Source: Roseibacillus sp.
GTDB lineage: Bacteria > Verrucomicrobiota > Verrucomicrobiia > Verrucomicrobiales > Akkermansiaceae
Length of the DNA stretch: 64,000 nt
Direction of reading: 5' to 3'
Assembly (NCBI GenBank): GCA_965242925.1
Contig: CBDEUM010000029.1
Coordinates: forward strand, 64,001-128,000
A program made the position numbers and the translations under genes. This document shows positions 18,657 through 29,000 of the stretch, piece by piece (position 1 is the first letter of the stretch; every line of letters starts with the position of its first letter). The notes beneath the pieces were generated by a model. It had not been told where the DNA came from, searched no databases, and saw nothing but the letters and a program-made list of their open reading frames with translations.

Positions 18657-21158
18657 CTACGTGCTGAAAAGGTCCATTTGTGGGGAATCCGCACGCGGGA
18701 ACGGGATGCCCTCAGCTGGTTGCGGCGTTTTTGATCCCTGGCTTTGGGGGCGTCCGGCGTTCATCTCCAGATGGGTGAGGATCTCCTTCGCTCGATCAAT
18801 AATCGGGGCGGGGAGCCCTGCGAGGCGGGCAACCTGGATGCCGTAGCTCTTGTCAGCCGGTCCGGGGAGGATCTTGCGCAGGAAGATGATGTCTTCCTTC
18901 CACTCGCGCACCGCTACGTTGTAGTTCTCGACGGCCTCTCTGGTATTGGCGAGGTCGCACAGCTCGTGATAATGGGTGGCGAAGAGAGCGCGGCTTTTGA
19001 GGACGTCATGCAGGTGCTCGGCTACCGACCAGGCGATGGAGAGACCGTCGAAGGTCGCGGTACCACGTCCGATTTCATCGAGAATAACCAGGCTGCGGTC
19101 AGTGGCATTGTTGACGATGAGGGAGGTTTCGTTCATTTCCACCATGAAGGTCGACTGGCCCCGGGCGAGGTCGTCACTGGCACCCACCCGGCAGAAGATA
19201 CGGTCGACCAGACCGATCCGCGCGGACTCGGCGGGAACGTAGGCGCCGATCTGGGCCATCAGGACGATGAGAGCGACCTGGCGGATGTAGGTTGATTTTC
19301 CCGCCATATTGGGACCGGTGAGGATGAGAAGACGCGAATCGTCGTGGAGGAGTCTTGAGTCGTTGGGAACAAACTTTTCCTCGACAAGGGTCTGCTCCAG
19401 CACGGGGTGCCGACCGTTGACGATTTCGAGATCGCGCGAGTCATCGAGGACCGGGCGGGTGTGCTGGTAGAGCTGTGCGGTCTCGGCCAGGCCCAGCAGG
19501 ACATCCAGGGTGGCGAGTCCGTTGGCGCATTGCTGCAGTTCGTCGAGGTGACAGGTGATTTCACTGCGAAGTTTGAGGAATTCCTCGTACTCCAGTTGCT
19601 TGGCCCGTTCGTCAGCACCCAGAACCTTGCTCTCGACCTCCTTCAGGCCGGGGGTGATGTAGCGTTCGGCATTGGCCATGGTCTGCTTGCGCTGGTAGTC
19701 CTCAGGAACCTTGGAAAGGTTGGCCTTGGTCACTTCGATAAAATAGCCGAAGACGTTGTTGAACTTGATCTTGAGCGAGTCGATCCCGGTCCGTTTACGT
19801 TCGCTCTGCTGCATCTGGGCGATCCATTCCTTGCCATCGCGGGAAGCGGAGCGCAGCTCATCGAGTTCCGTCGAGAACCCATCCCTCATGAGGCCTCCTT
19901 CCCTGGGGGAGACCGGCGGTTCGTCGACGAGAGCATTCTCCAGTAACTCCACCAGTTCGGGAAACTCGTGGAGCTGTTGGAGAATTTCGGTTTTCAGGTG
20001 GCAGATTTCAGGTTGCTGGGAGGGGAGGGCATCCAAATCGGCGCGGAGGGATGGAATCTGAGAGAGAGAAGTCTGCAGGGCCTGAAGGTCGCGGGGATTA
20101 CCTGAGCCCTGGGCCAGGCGACCGGTGCAGCGCTCGATATCGCGGATGTCCTTCAGGCTCTCCCGGCAGTGAGTGAGCAGGAAGCTCTCGGCGAGGAAAC
20201 TGCCGATAAGATCGTGCCGTGCTTCCAAGGTGTCACGGTCCGAGATGGGATGGAGGATCCAGTCGCGCAGTTTACGGGCTCCCATCGGGGTGGCAGTGCG
20301 ATCGAGCACACCCAGCAGGGTGTGCTGGCGACCGGAGCGCGAGTCGACAAGATCGAGGTTGTGCTGGGAGGCGGTGTCGATGGCAACCTGCTCGCCGATC
20401 TGCCGCACGGCCAATCCGCGAAGGTGATCACAGGAGCGGCGCAGCTGGTAGGAAAGATAGTGCAGGATCGCACCCGCTGCGCTGAGGGCAGGGTGCATGT
20501 CGGCGCAGCCGAATCCGTCGAGCGACTGCACCTTGAAATGGTCGCGCAGGGTGTGGACGGCCTGATCCAGGAGAAACGCGTATCCGTCGTAGGGCAGGTT
20601 GTCAGGGAGGCTGCCGAGGACCTGGAGCTGCTCGTCGGAGATGAGGAGTTCGGAGGGAGCCAGCCTGGTGAGCTCGTCTTCCAGCTGCTGGCGGTCGGGA
20701 AACTCCGCCAACGTGAATTCACCGGTGGAGTGATCAACCACCGCGAGGCCGAAGGCGTCCCGGTGTTCGTAGACCGCGGCGAGGTAATTGTGGCGGCGGT
20801 CATCGAGCAGAGAGAGGTTGTCGATGGTGCCGGCCGAGATGATCTGGGAGATCTCCCGGTCCACGATCTTGCCGGGCACCGGTTCGGAGGTCTGCTCCCC
20901 GATAGCCACCCGCCTGCCCTGCTTGATGAGCTTGGCGATGTAGTTTTCCGCAGCGTGGTGAGGGACACCACACATGGGAACTCCACCCCGTTTGGTGAGA
21001 GCCACATTGAGGAGTCCGGCGGCCTCTTTGGCATCCTCGAAAAACATTTCGTAGAAGTCGCCGAGCCGGAAGAAGAGAAGCACATCGTCGGGAAGCGAGC
21101 GGCGCATCGCCTGGTACTGCGCCATCATGGGGGTGAGCTTGCCTTCCTTGCCGGCCAC
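18657..21158 (-). CDS. mutS: DNA mismatch repair protein MutS
   Basis: TPMMAQY, GDFYEMF, TGPNMAGKST, STFMVEM, DEIGRGT, THYHEL and SYGIQVA. Confidence 0.97.
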   Translation of the reverse strand: MAGKEGKLTPMMAQYQAMRRSLPDDVLLFFRLGDFYEMFFEDAKEAAGLLNVALTKRGGVPMCGVPHHAAENYIAKLIKQGRRVAIGEQTSEPVPGKIVDREISQIISAGTIDNLSLLDDRRHNYLAAVYEHRDAFGLAVVDHSTGEFTLAEFPDRQQLEDELTRLAPSELLISDEQLQVLGSLPDNLPYDGYAFLLDQAVHTLRDHFKVQSLDGFGCADMHPALSAAGAILHYLSYQLRRSCDHLRGLAVRQIGEQVAIDTASQHNLDLVDSRSGRQHTLLGVLDRTATPMGARKLRDWILHPISDRDTLEARHDLIGSFLAESFLLTHCRESLKDIRDIERCTGRLAQGSGNPRDLQALQTSLSQIPSLRADLDALPSQQPEICHLKTEILQQLHEFPELVELLENALVDEPPVSPREGGLMRDGFSTELDELRSASRDGKEWIAQMQQSERKRTGIDSLKIKFNNVFGYFIEVTKANLSKVPEDYQRKQTMANAERYITPGLKEVESKVLGADERAKQLEYEEFLKLRSEITCHLDELQQCANGLATLDVLLGLAETAQLYQHTRPVLDDSRDLEIVNGRHPVLEQTLVEEKFVPNDSRLLHDDSRLLILTGPNMAGKSTYIRQVALIVLMAQIGAYVPAESARIGLVDRIFCRVGASDDLARGQSTFMVEMNETSLIVNNATDRSLVILDEIGRGTATFDGLSIAWSVAEHLHDVLKSRALFATHYHELCDLANTREAVENYNVAVREWKEDIIFLRKILPGPADKSYGIQVARLAGLPAPIIDRAKEILTHLEMNAGRPQSQGSKTPQPAEGIPFPRADSPQMDLFST

Positions 21159-21439
21159 GGAGTGAGGTTCTAACCGGGGAGGCCGACGATTGAACGCGAA
21201 AGTTATTCACAGAAGGCCGTCCGGGTGACGGCGGGGAGCAGCAAGGACGAAAAGAGGGCCCCATGGATCCTGATGGACTGGAGAGTGGCTGAGGGGAGGT
21301 TCTCCTCGTTCTGCAGTTTCGGGATGTCTGGTGAACCGGGGCGGGCATGGGTGATATGGAGGCGCCCGATTGCGCTGGGTGCGCCCGGGCCAATAAGTTG
21401 ATCGGACTTTGAAGTGGAGTTTGTGATTGCGGTGGCAGG

Positions 21440-22231
21440 TTGCTAGGCTACCTGACCTTGAAAGGAATTATCCCGATCCTCCTTGCGAATTTCGGACTAC
21501 TTCTTCCGCTGGTCTTGGCCCGTGAACCGTGGGATCAGGCGGAAGCCAAGAAGATGGTGTCCAAGGTGTTGGAGGTTGAGGAGGCGGGCAAACTTTCGTG
21601 GAATCGCATCCCCTGGCGGATCCATGTCGCAAATGCGGTGAAGGAGGCCAGGACTACGGGCAAACCGCTCTTTGTGTTCTTCTACATGCCCCAGAAAGGC
21701 CCTCCCCAGGAACCCTGCGGGCTGGAGGGGCGCCTCCTACGCGCTCATGCCCTGTCCGATTCCAAGATCATCGGGGTGATCAAGGGCCACTGTGTGCCGG
21801 TGAAGATTCAGCTCAAAAAAGGGCAGGAGTATCCGATTGACTGGCCCGCCCTGAAGAAGTGGGCGACCGCTTACAAGTTTTCGAATGGTCGTGGGTTCAC
21901 GGGGTGTTCGGTGGTGAGCTCCGATCTCGCCGTTGAGTTCGGAAACAGCGGTTTTGCCAGGATTTCCGAGATGCTTGAGTCCCGTGCCTTCGATCCCAAG
22001 GAATTCCATGCCATGCTGGTTCGGGCCATGGCCCGGGTGAATGAAGAGCGCTCCTTACGCGTCCAGCGTGGGATCAGTGACGACGAACGGAAGCTGGAGA
22101 TCGAGCGCTTTCGCCAGGGGGTGACGCGGGCAGTGCAGAGTGAAAGTCGCCGCCAGTTCCCGCCGCAGGGATATTCTCTTGAGCAGGCCCTTGAGCTCTA
22201 CCGGATGGCTGGGATAGTGATCTCGAAATAG
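21440..22231 (+). CDS. Exported thioredoxin-like-fold hypothetical protein (selenoprotein N-like motif)
   Basis: Hydrophobic N-terminus; IPW...A...A...GKPLFVFF thioredoxin_7-like pattern; PCGLEGRLLR. Start uncertain (TTG 21440 or 21458). Confidence 0.55.
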   Translation: MLGYLTLKGIIPILLANFGLLLPLVLAREPWDQAEAKKMVSKVLEVEEAGKLSWNRIPWRIHVANAVKEARTTGKPLFVFFYMPQKGPPQEPCGLEGRLLRAHALSDSKIIGVIKGHCVPVKIQLKKGQEYPIDWPALKKWATAYKFSNGRGFTGCSVVSSDLAVEFGNSGFARISEMLESRAFDPKEFHAMLVRAMARVNEERSLRVQRGISDDERKLEIERFRQGVTRAVQSESRRQFPPQGYSLEQALELYRMAGIVISK

Positions 22232-22332
22232 GGTTGGGGCCCCCGCGTGCCTTTTCCGGCGGAGGGGAGAGTATTTGATGAAGGTCAAGAGAATTTGACA
22301 AATCTGGTGGCCTTCGCGAGTAATGGGGCGTC

Positions 22333-22791
22333 ATGAAGAAAGAGTCATTCCACAAGCTGATTACCTTGGTTGCCGCCGTGGGCCTGTTCGGGTTGGCCCC
22401 CCATGCCCGGGGCGGGGAGGAGACAGAGAAGCCCGAACCGAAGGACATGGGAGAGGCCATGGACCTTATGAGCGGATCACTCAAGCGGCTGCGTCGGCTC
22501 AGGAGAGATCCTGAGCGTTGGACCAAGAGCGCAGCCCTGGTCGCGGAGGGATCGCGGATCGTCGTTGCATCCATGAAGTGGATTCCGAAACAGATCTTAG
22601 AGCTGCCTGAGGGGCCGGAGAAGATCAGGGCACTCGCAGATTCACGTCGTCTCATGGGACTCACCCTCGTCGGCTACGCCGAACTGGAACTGGCCTTCCT
22701 TGCCAAGGATGAAGAAAAGGTGGAAGAGACCCTCGATAAGCTGAAGGAGATCAAGGCCGAATCCCACGACAAGTATAACAGGGGGGAGTAG
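22333..22791 (+). CDS. Exported four-helix-bundle protein, cytochrome b562-like
   Basis: Signal peptide; DMGEAMDLM resembles b562 DLEDNMETL (Met ligand) and ESHDKY resembles AYHQKY (His ligand). Confidence 0.6.
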   Translation: MKKESFHKLITLVAAVGLFGLAPHARGGEETEKPEPKDMGEAMDLMSGSLKRLRRLRRDPERWTKSAALVAEGSRIVVASMKWIPKQILELPEGPEKIRALADSRRLMGLTLVGYAELELAFLAKDEEKVEETLDKLKEIKAESHDKYNRGE

Positions 22792-22878
22792 GGGGCGCCA
22801 CAGACCGTTTTCACAGCAAGGCGGGGATTGGTCCGCGCCTTTCCTGTGGAAGGAGAAAACGTCAGAAGGTCAGGTTCC

Positions 22879-23550
22879 CTACCTTTGAACGTCTTGCAGC
22901 ACGATGCTGACGGGGGTGCCGATGGCCAGCTTTGGGTAGATCGTGGAGGCCACCTTGGAGGGTATGCGGACACAGCCGTGCGAGGCAGGATAGCGGGGGA
23001 CACGCCCCTGGTGCATGCCGAGCCCTTTCCAGCTCAAGCGCATCCAGTAGGGCATGGCAGCTCCCTTGAACTCCCCACCCTCGGGGACTTCGTCTTCCGT
23101 AATGTCAGCATCGGTCTTGTGGACCTTGCCCTCGGCGTCGTAAATCGTCCCGTAGAGGTTGGATTCTTTCTCGCGCTCGATCTTTTCCACAATCCGGTAG
23201 TTACCCGGCGGGGTGGGGAAAGTCCTCCTGCCGGAGGCGATGGGGTAATCCATCGCGATATCCTTGCGGTTGTAGATCCTGGCCCGTTGCAGGGAGAGAT
23301 CGATTTCAACCCGGATATTGTCCTTTTCCAACGCACCGAAAGCGGTGGAATTCTTATAGACGTTGTAAGTCTTGGGATAGGACGGCTCGGCTGTGAAGTA
23401 AGCGTAGGATCCCGGGGGATACGGGTTGACCCATTGGGCCTTGAGGATCTTCTTCTGATTGGGATTCGGTTCGGGCGCAATCGTGCAACTGGTCGTGACG
23501 GCAACCGCAGCAAGCAGAAGGGCGGAGAGGAGAGTCTTTGGAAGGTTCAT
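22879..23550 (-). CDS. L,D-transpeptidase (YkuD family) lipoprotein
   Basis: Lipobox-like TTSC, PTPPG, MPYWMRL and catalytic MHQG...SHGCVR. Confidence 0.88.
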   Translation of the reverse strand: MNLPKTLLSALLLAAVAVTTSCTIAPEPNPNQKKILKAQWVNPYPPGSYAYFTAEPSYPKTYNVYKNSTAFGALEKDNIRVEIDLSLQRARIYNRKDIAMDYPIASGRRTFPTPPGNYRIVEKIEREKESNLYGTIYDAEGKVHKTDADITEDEVPEGGEFKGAAMPYWMRLSWKGLGMHQGRVPRYPASHGCVRIPSKVASTIYPKLAIGTPVSIVLQDVQR

Positions 23551-23601
23551 GGAGATTCCCGACACTTGGACGGAAGTATTCTAACACCTTGATTTGCAAG
23601 C

Positions 23602-24480
23602 TCAAGCTTCCGATGCATCCTCTGGTTGGCAGGTTGGGCACCAGGCTGTGGTGCGGGTGGCGATTGTTCCGCGTGCGAGGCTGGAGCGGCAGCGGGGGCA
23701 GCAACCGCCGGCCTTCCACCGGTGTTGGAAGAGCCAGGAACGGGGTGGAACCTGTTCCACATAGCGTCCCGGGGAAAACCCCCGGGCCCTGTCGAGAGGT
23801 GCGTTCTTATCGGCGACGTGGCGCAGCGCCCCTCGGCATACCTGCCGGCTCACGGTGCGCAGGCGGGCCAGATCGAGAGCCTGCAGACGTATTCCCGGGT
23901 GACAGGGAAGCCGCCAGCAGATCTCATCGGCCATCCAGTTGCCGACCCCGGGGAAAACAGTCTGGTCAAGCAGGAGAGCCTTGAGGGTGGTCCCTCTGCG
24001 ACGAGCGGTCAACCGACGCAGGCAGGCGATCGTGAATTCCGGGTCCAGCACTTCCACGGGTAGTTCCGTCCAGGGGTCGAGGCAGGGTTGGTGGAGGAGA
24101 ACGCGTCCAAACTGCCGATAGTCTGAATAGACCAGGGCGAGTCTTGGCGTGCGCAGGATGAAGTGATCGTGTTTGGTGGGCTCATGATCAGGGTCTGCCA
24201 GGAAGAGTCGTCCCGACATGCCGAGGTGGATCTCAAGGTGGGTTGTTGGATGCGTGCCTGTGGAATTGCAGGAACTTCTGTCTCCAAAACTGAAGAGAAG
24301 ACGCTTGCCGTGCGTCCGGCTGCGAACAATAAAACTGTTAGGCAAGGTGGATTCAAGGATGGAGGCCGGTGTATCCCGGTAAACGCGGGTGCGGGGATGA
24401 GAGTCCACTGCTACGATCCGCTGGCCTGTTCCGGGTTCCCAGATCCGGCGGGCGAGTTCCACTTCGGCGAGTTCGGGCAT
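23602..24480 (-). CDS. mutM: Fpg/Nei family DNA glycosylase/AP lyase
   Basis: N-terminal PELAEVE, HGK, HLGMSG, H2TH GVGNWMADE and a C-terminal CxxC...CxxC zinc finger. Confidence 0.85.
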   Translation of the reverse strand: MPELAEVELARRIWEPGTGQRIVAVDSHPRTRVYRDTPASILESTLPNSFIVRSRTHGKRLLFSFGDRSSCNSTGTHPTTHLEIHLGMSGRLFLADPDHEPTKHDHFILRTPRLALVYSDYRQFGRVLLHQPCLDPWTELPVEVLDPEFTIACLRRLTARRRGTTLKALLLDQTVFPGVGNWMADEICWRLPCHPGIRLQALDLARLRTVSRQVCRGALRHVADKNAPLDRARGFSPGRYVEQVPPRSWLFQHRWKAGGCCPRCRSSLARGTIATRTTAWCPTCQPEDASEA

Positions 24481-24554
24481 ACTGGGCAGCAGGTTTGGAA
24501 GTCAGATCCTGGATTTTGTGCGTCCGGGGTTGTCAGCCGGTGCAGGGTGATCAT

Positions 24555-26012
24555 TCACTTCCGGAGAGGGACGTTCGACGGTGTTTTTCTTTGCGTTTTT
24601 TCCAGCAGTCTTCTGGTCTCCGGATGTCCCGGTTCCAAGGTCTCGGCCCGTTTGAGCAGGGAAGCTGCGGGAGCGAAGTTCTTGTTCTCATCGATCCAGA
24701 GGCGGGCCAGTTCCCGGAGAGCGTGGGCAGATGTTCCGGGTTGCTCGGGTGGAATGGCTCGAATGGCGTTACGGAGACGGTTCTCTGCGCTGGCCCGGTC
24801 TCCGGTCTGGAGGAGAGCCCCCGCAAATTCGATCTGGAAGCCGGCGTCGAGGACATCCCGGGCGGAGGGGTGCCCTGAGTCCCGGGCGAGAGCCTCGGCT
24901 TGACGAAAGAGCCGGGAGGCCGCTGCGGGGTCTCCGTCGCGGAGGGTGGCAATGGCCAGGCGCGCAGCCAGAGCGGGATGCTCAGGGTGGTCGAAGCGGG
25001 CCTTCTCCAGGATAAGGCGGGCCAGATGAGGCTTCTTGAGTTCAAGGAACTGATCGGCCAGCTGGAGGAAGTCATCCGGCGCACCTCCGGCAATGCGGAG
25101 AACCTCGGCGCGATGATGGAGAGATTTGTCGGGGTTTCCGTTACGGGCGTAGAACTGGGCGAGAGCCTTGTGGGCGAGCGTCTGGTGGGGATCGATCTGG
25201 AGGGTTTCCTGCAGGGTTCTGAGGGCGGCCTTCTCCTGTTTGTCATAGAGCTGGAGGAGGCCGAGCCGGGTTCGCAGGTCCAGGGAATCGGGCTGGAGTT
25301 CCAGATGTTTCTGGAGCACGCCGATGGCTTTTCCGAGGCGGCCAGTCTGGCGGTAGTAGTCCGAGGCGCGGCGGGCGGCCATCGCGATCTGCACGCCGGT
25401 TTCGACGGTTTTCTCTGTGATGTGCTCAAGAGCTTCCTGTAGTTCCGGAGAGCCTCCCGGCAGAAGAGTCTGGGCGATGGGAGGTAAGGCCATCCAGTGT
25501 TCGAGACCCGCGTCCTTGGCCTCCAGCTGAGCCTGGAAGAGGGCCAGGGACTTGTCCCGCTGGCCGAGATTCTCGTGCAGGTGGATGAGGCGGGTATAAA
25601 CCTCATGGTGGTGGGGGAATCGTCCGGCAGCTTCGGTCAAGAGCTTTGTGGCAGCGCGCTGAGCGACCGCATCACGAGCAGCGTAATTCTCCAGGAAGTC
25701 GGCGTAGTAGAGCTGGGAGACCAGGTGATCGGGTTGTGCTTCAGCATAGCTCCGCAAAGTTCTGGCGGCCGCGGAAAGATCCCCGTCTTCCCGTTGCAGC
25801 CGGGCCGTCTTGCGTGCCACCGGAAAGGAGTCGGCATCCTCCTGGAGAACAGCCTCAAAGTGTTGGCGTGCGGACTTGGTGTTGCCGTTCAAATCCGCGA
25901 AGACGCCCCTGGCATACGCGGCCAGATCTTTCCCGGCAGAGTTCTGCTCTCCCCAGGCTGGAGCGCTGAGGAGAAGAACGATGACGGATCTGGAAAGGAA
26001 AGCGGCGGTCAT
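24555..26012 (-). CDS. Exported tetratricopeptide-repeat protein
   Basis: Signal peptide (..APAWG), then repeated amphipathic helical TPR units ending in ...DP/QP/EP. Confidence 0.8.
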   Translation of the reverse strand: MTAAFLSRSVIVLLLSAPAWGEQNSAGKDLAAYARGVFADLNGNTKSARQHFEAVLQEDADSFPVARKTARLQREDGDLSAAARTLRSYAEAQPDHLVSQLYYADFLENYAARDAVAQRAATKLLTEAAGRFPHHHEVYTRLIHLHENLGQRDKSLALFQAQLEAKDAGLEHWMALPPIAQTLLPGGSPELQEALEHITEKTVETGVQIAMAARRASDYYRQTGRLGKAIGVLQKHLELQPDSLDLRTRLGLLQLYDKQEKAALRTLQETLQIDPHQTLAHKALAQFYARNGNPDKSLHHRAEVLRIAGGAPDDFLQLADQFLELKKPHLARLILEKARFDHPEHPALAARLAIATLRDGDPAAASRLFRQAEALARDSGHPSARDVLDAGFQIEFAGALLQTGDRASAENRLRNAIRAIPPEQPGTSAHALRELARLWIDENKNFAPAASLLKRAETLEPGHPETRRLLEKTQRKTPSNVPLRK

Positions 26013-26074
26013 GGACCGCCGCCAGGATAAACGAAGATTAGGGATCTGAAATCTGAAATCTGCGATTAGAGGGA

Positions 26075-29000
26075 TCACTTCACCTTGAGAGTGCCCCACA
26101 TGAGCTGGCCGTGGCCGGGGTAGGTGCACACGTACTCGTAGTCACCGGGCTTGTTGGGCAGGGTGAGGTAAAGAGTGAAGCGGCGCCCCGGGGCGACCTG
26201 TGGCGTGGACCCAAGCAAGGCAGGAGAGTCCGGAATGAAGTTCTTCTCGATCGCCGTCGACCCCAGTGCGATGGTCGCCTCCAGAATGCTCTGACGCGCC
26301 CCGGGCTTGATCACTGCCAGGTTGTGCATCAGGCCGTCGGGGTCATTGTTGGTGAGGACAATGGCGATGCGCTCGCCGACCTTGGCCTCAAGGACGTTCT
26401 TGTCGAACTTCATGCCGCGGAGCACTCCCACCTCGATTTTGCGGGCCTGCTCGTAACCTTCCGGGACCAGACGCGCGGGGGCCTTGCTCAAGGCATCCAT
26501 CTCGGTTTTCACCTTGGCATCGGAGATCTTGGCCAGCGATTCGTTGCGGAAGTTGTTGATGAAACCTCCAAAGCTGGCGCCACCCTTGAAGTTACGGGCC
26601 TTGGCGAACCAGGTGAAGAACTGCTTGCGCAACTCCGGAGTCCAGCCGTCGGAGACATTCTTCAAGGCAAAGGCGTAGTGGATCTGCTGGCGCTGCGGGT
26701 TGTTGGTTTTCTGATTGAGGAAGCTGTTGCCGTATTGGCCAGAGCGCCTGAGGAGATCGTCATCAAATTCAATTTCTTCCAGCCCGACCGCTTCCTGGCT
26801 GAGCAGGGGGACGGTCTTGGACACCACGTCGGGGGCACCGAGGTAAACCAGCATGTCGACGAGCTCACGATTGAGGGCATCGGTCTTGGCCGGGTAAAGG
26901 GGGCTGATGGCTGTGATGATCTCTTCGGCGGTGGCCTCATCAGGCTTGCCCATGCGGATGAAACAGAGGGAAAGGACGCGCAGGGCTTCAAGCTTCTGGG
27001 CTTCGCTCATGTCGGCCGGGGAGTGTTGGCTGAGAGCATCAAGGAGGGCGGCCTGGTGACTGGCATCACCCTGCCTTGTCAGGGCGAGCAGAGCGGTGAG
27101 GGAGGTCTGGAGGTCGCCTTCCTTGAGGGCCCTCGCGGCCCAGTCGCTGGCCGGCTGGTGCTCGAGGGCAACCCGCGCAGCGTAGCGGAGGAAGCGGTCC
27201 TCGTGCCCGAGGCTGCTCCAGACCTTGTCGATGGAACCGGCGACGGCTTTGCCATGGTACTGCTCCAGCTGACGGCGTTTCATGCGGAGGGTGCGATTGA
27301 TTTCCTTATCTTGAAAGCGGCGTTCCTTGGAGGCTTCTCCGGTGTAGGTCACCCGGTAGAGGGCGGACTGAGTTCCGCGGCCGCCGACTGCAAAGTACAT
27401 GTTGCCATCCTTGCCGATCACTCCGTCGGTCACGTTCAGTGGTACGCCGGTGACGAATTCCTCCTTCACGCCCCTGTAGCTTGAGCCCTCCGGAGCGAGA
27501 TGAATGGCGTAGATCGTTCCGTAGGTCCAGTCGAAGGCATAGATGGCATTCTGGTAGTCGGCCGGAAAATTGGAACCCAGTCCGGACATGACACCGGTGG
27601 GGCAACCCGGACCGATATCGGCGGTTGGAGGCAGAGAGTCTGGATACCAGGTGGGCCACTTGCCGGTGCCCGTACGCCAGCCAAACTCGCTTCCGCTGGT
27701 GCAGTGGTAGACGCGGGTGGGGCGATACCAGGGGGTGCCGCTATCCCACTCCATGTCGGAGTCGTAGGTGAACATTTCCCCGTCGGCGTTGAAGGCCACA
27801 TCGTACTGGTTGCGGAATCCCGAGGAGTAGAAGTTCCAGCTCTTGCCGTCGGGGTCAGTCTTGGCAATCCAGCCGCCGGGGGCCCTGATGTTGCGGGCGT
27901 GACCCCGGGCATCGGTCATCCGGGGCAGGAGGAGGTCCTCGGCGTAGTTCTTGGGGACGGAGTAGACTTCCGGCTTGGGCGGCTGGGTGTGATTGCCGCC
28001 CAGGACCATGAGGGATTTGCCGTCAGGCGTGAGGACTACCGCATGCGGTCCGTGTTCTCCGCCACCCTGGAGCCCGCGCAGGGGGGAGACCTTGTCGAGT
28101 TGGTCATCACCATTGGTGTCGGTGAGGTAGTAGAGTCCACTCCCGTGCCCGCCTACGCCCCCTCCATTCACGCAGACGTAGAGGCGGTTGAAGGCCCATA
28201 GCAGGCCGTGGCCGCCACTGATCGGAGCAGGCACCTTCTCGACTTTCAGCTCCTTGCCGGGGGTGATCCGCCAGATCCCGGCCTTGCCCTGGTCACTGCA
28301 GTAGAGGCGGCCTTTGTCGTCGATCGCCATGGATACCCAGGAACCCTGCTGGCCCTTGGGAACGGTGTAGATCTTTTCCACCTCGAAACCTTCGGGATGG
28401 GCGACCGCTTCGCCCTTGGAGGCTGGTTTTTTCTTGGCCGCCTTCTTGGAGATGCGGGTGAGAACGATGTCCTTGGCTTCCACCTTCATCGGCCCGCCGC
28501 CGTGAAGTTGCAGGGCGAGCACGCCTGAGAGCGAGCGCTTGGCTTTCTCCTCATCGACAATCTCACTCGTGGTTGCGCCATTGACCTTGTGAGTGAGGAC
28601 GTTGCCCTTGGCTACGATGGTGTAGGTGTTCCACTCGGCGGGATTGATCTTCTTCTTGGTGTCGAAGTCGCCCACGATGGCGCGCTTGCCGTCGGCACCC
28701 ACCTTGATCTTCTGGCCGCGCTGGGCAATGATCCCGCGTCCCTTCTCCTCGTACATCATGCCGAGGTAGTTCTGGGAGGGATGGATGTCCATCTGGTAAC
28801 CACTCACCACCCACTTCTGCTCGTTGACCACCTTGGACCGGTACTGGATGCCCGAATTGTTGTTTCCAATCACCCTGACCTTGAGAGTGAGTTCGAAGTC
28901 CCCCACGGGTTTGCCCTGGTAGACGAGAAAAGTGTTCCCGCCGGTGGGCTTTTCCGGTGTTGTTTCTCCAACGATCGTTCCATCCTGCACGGACCAGAAT

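Noticed and set aside
22295..22325. Sigma70 promoter at TTGACA upstream of the b562-like gene
   Set aside because: The -35 is perfect but there is no convincing -10 at 16-18 bp.
26044..26062. ATCTGAA heptamer tandem (about 2.7 copies), with similar degenerate runs near 31807 and 37148
   Set aside because: Too short, with no spacers or cas genes; not a CRISPR array, just low-complexity intergenic sequence.
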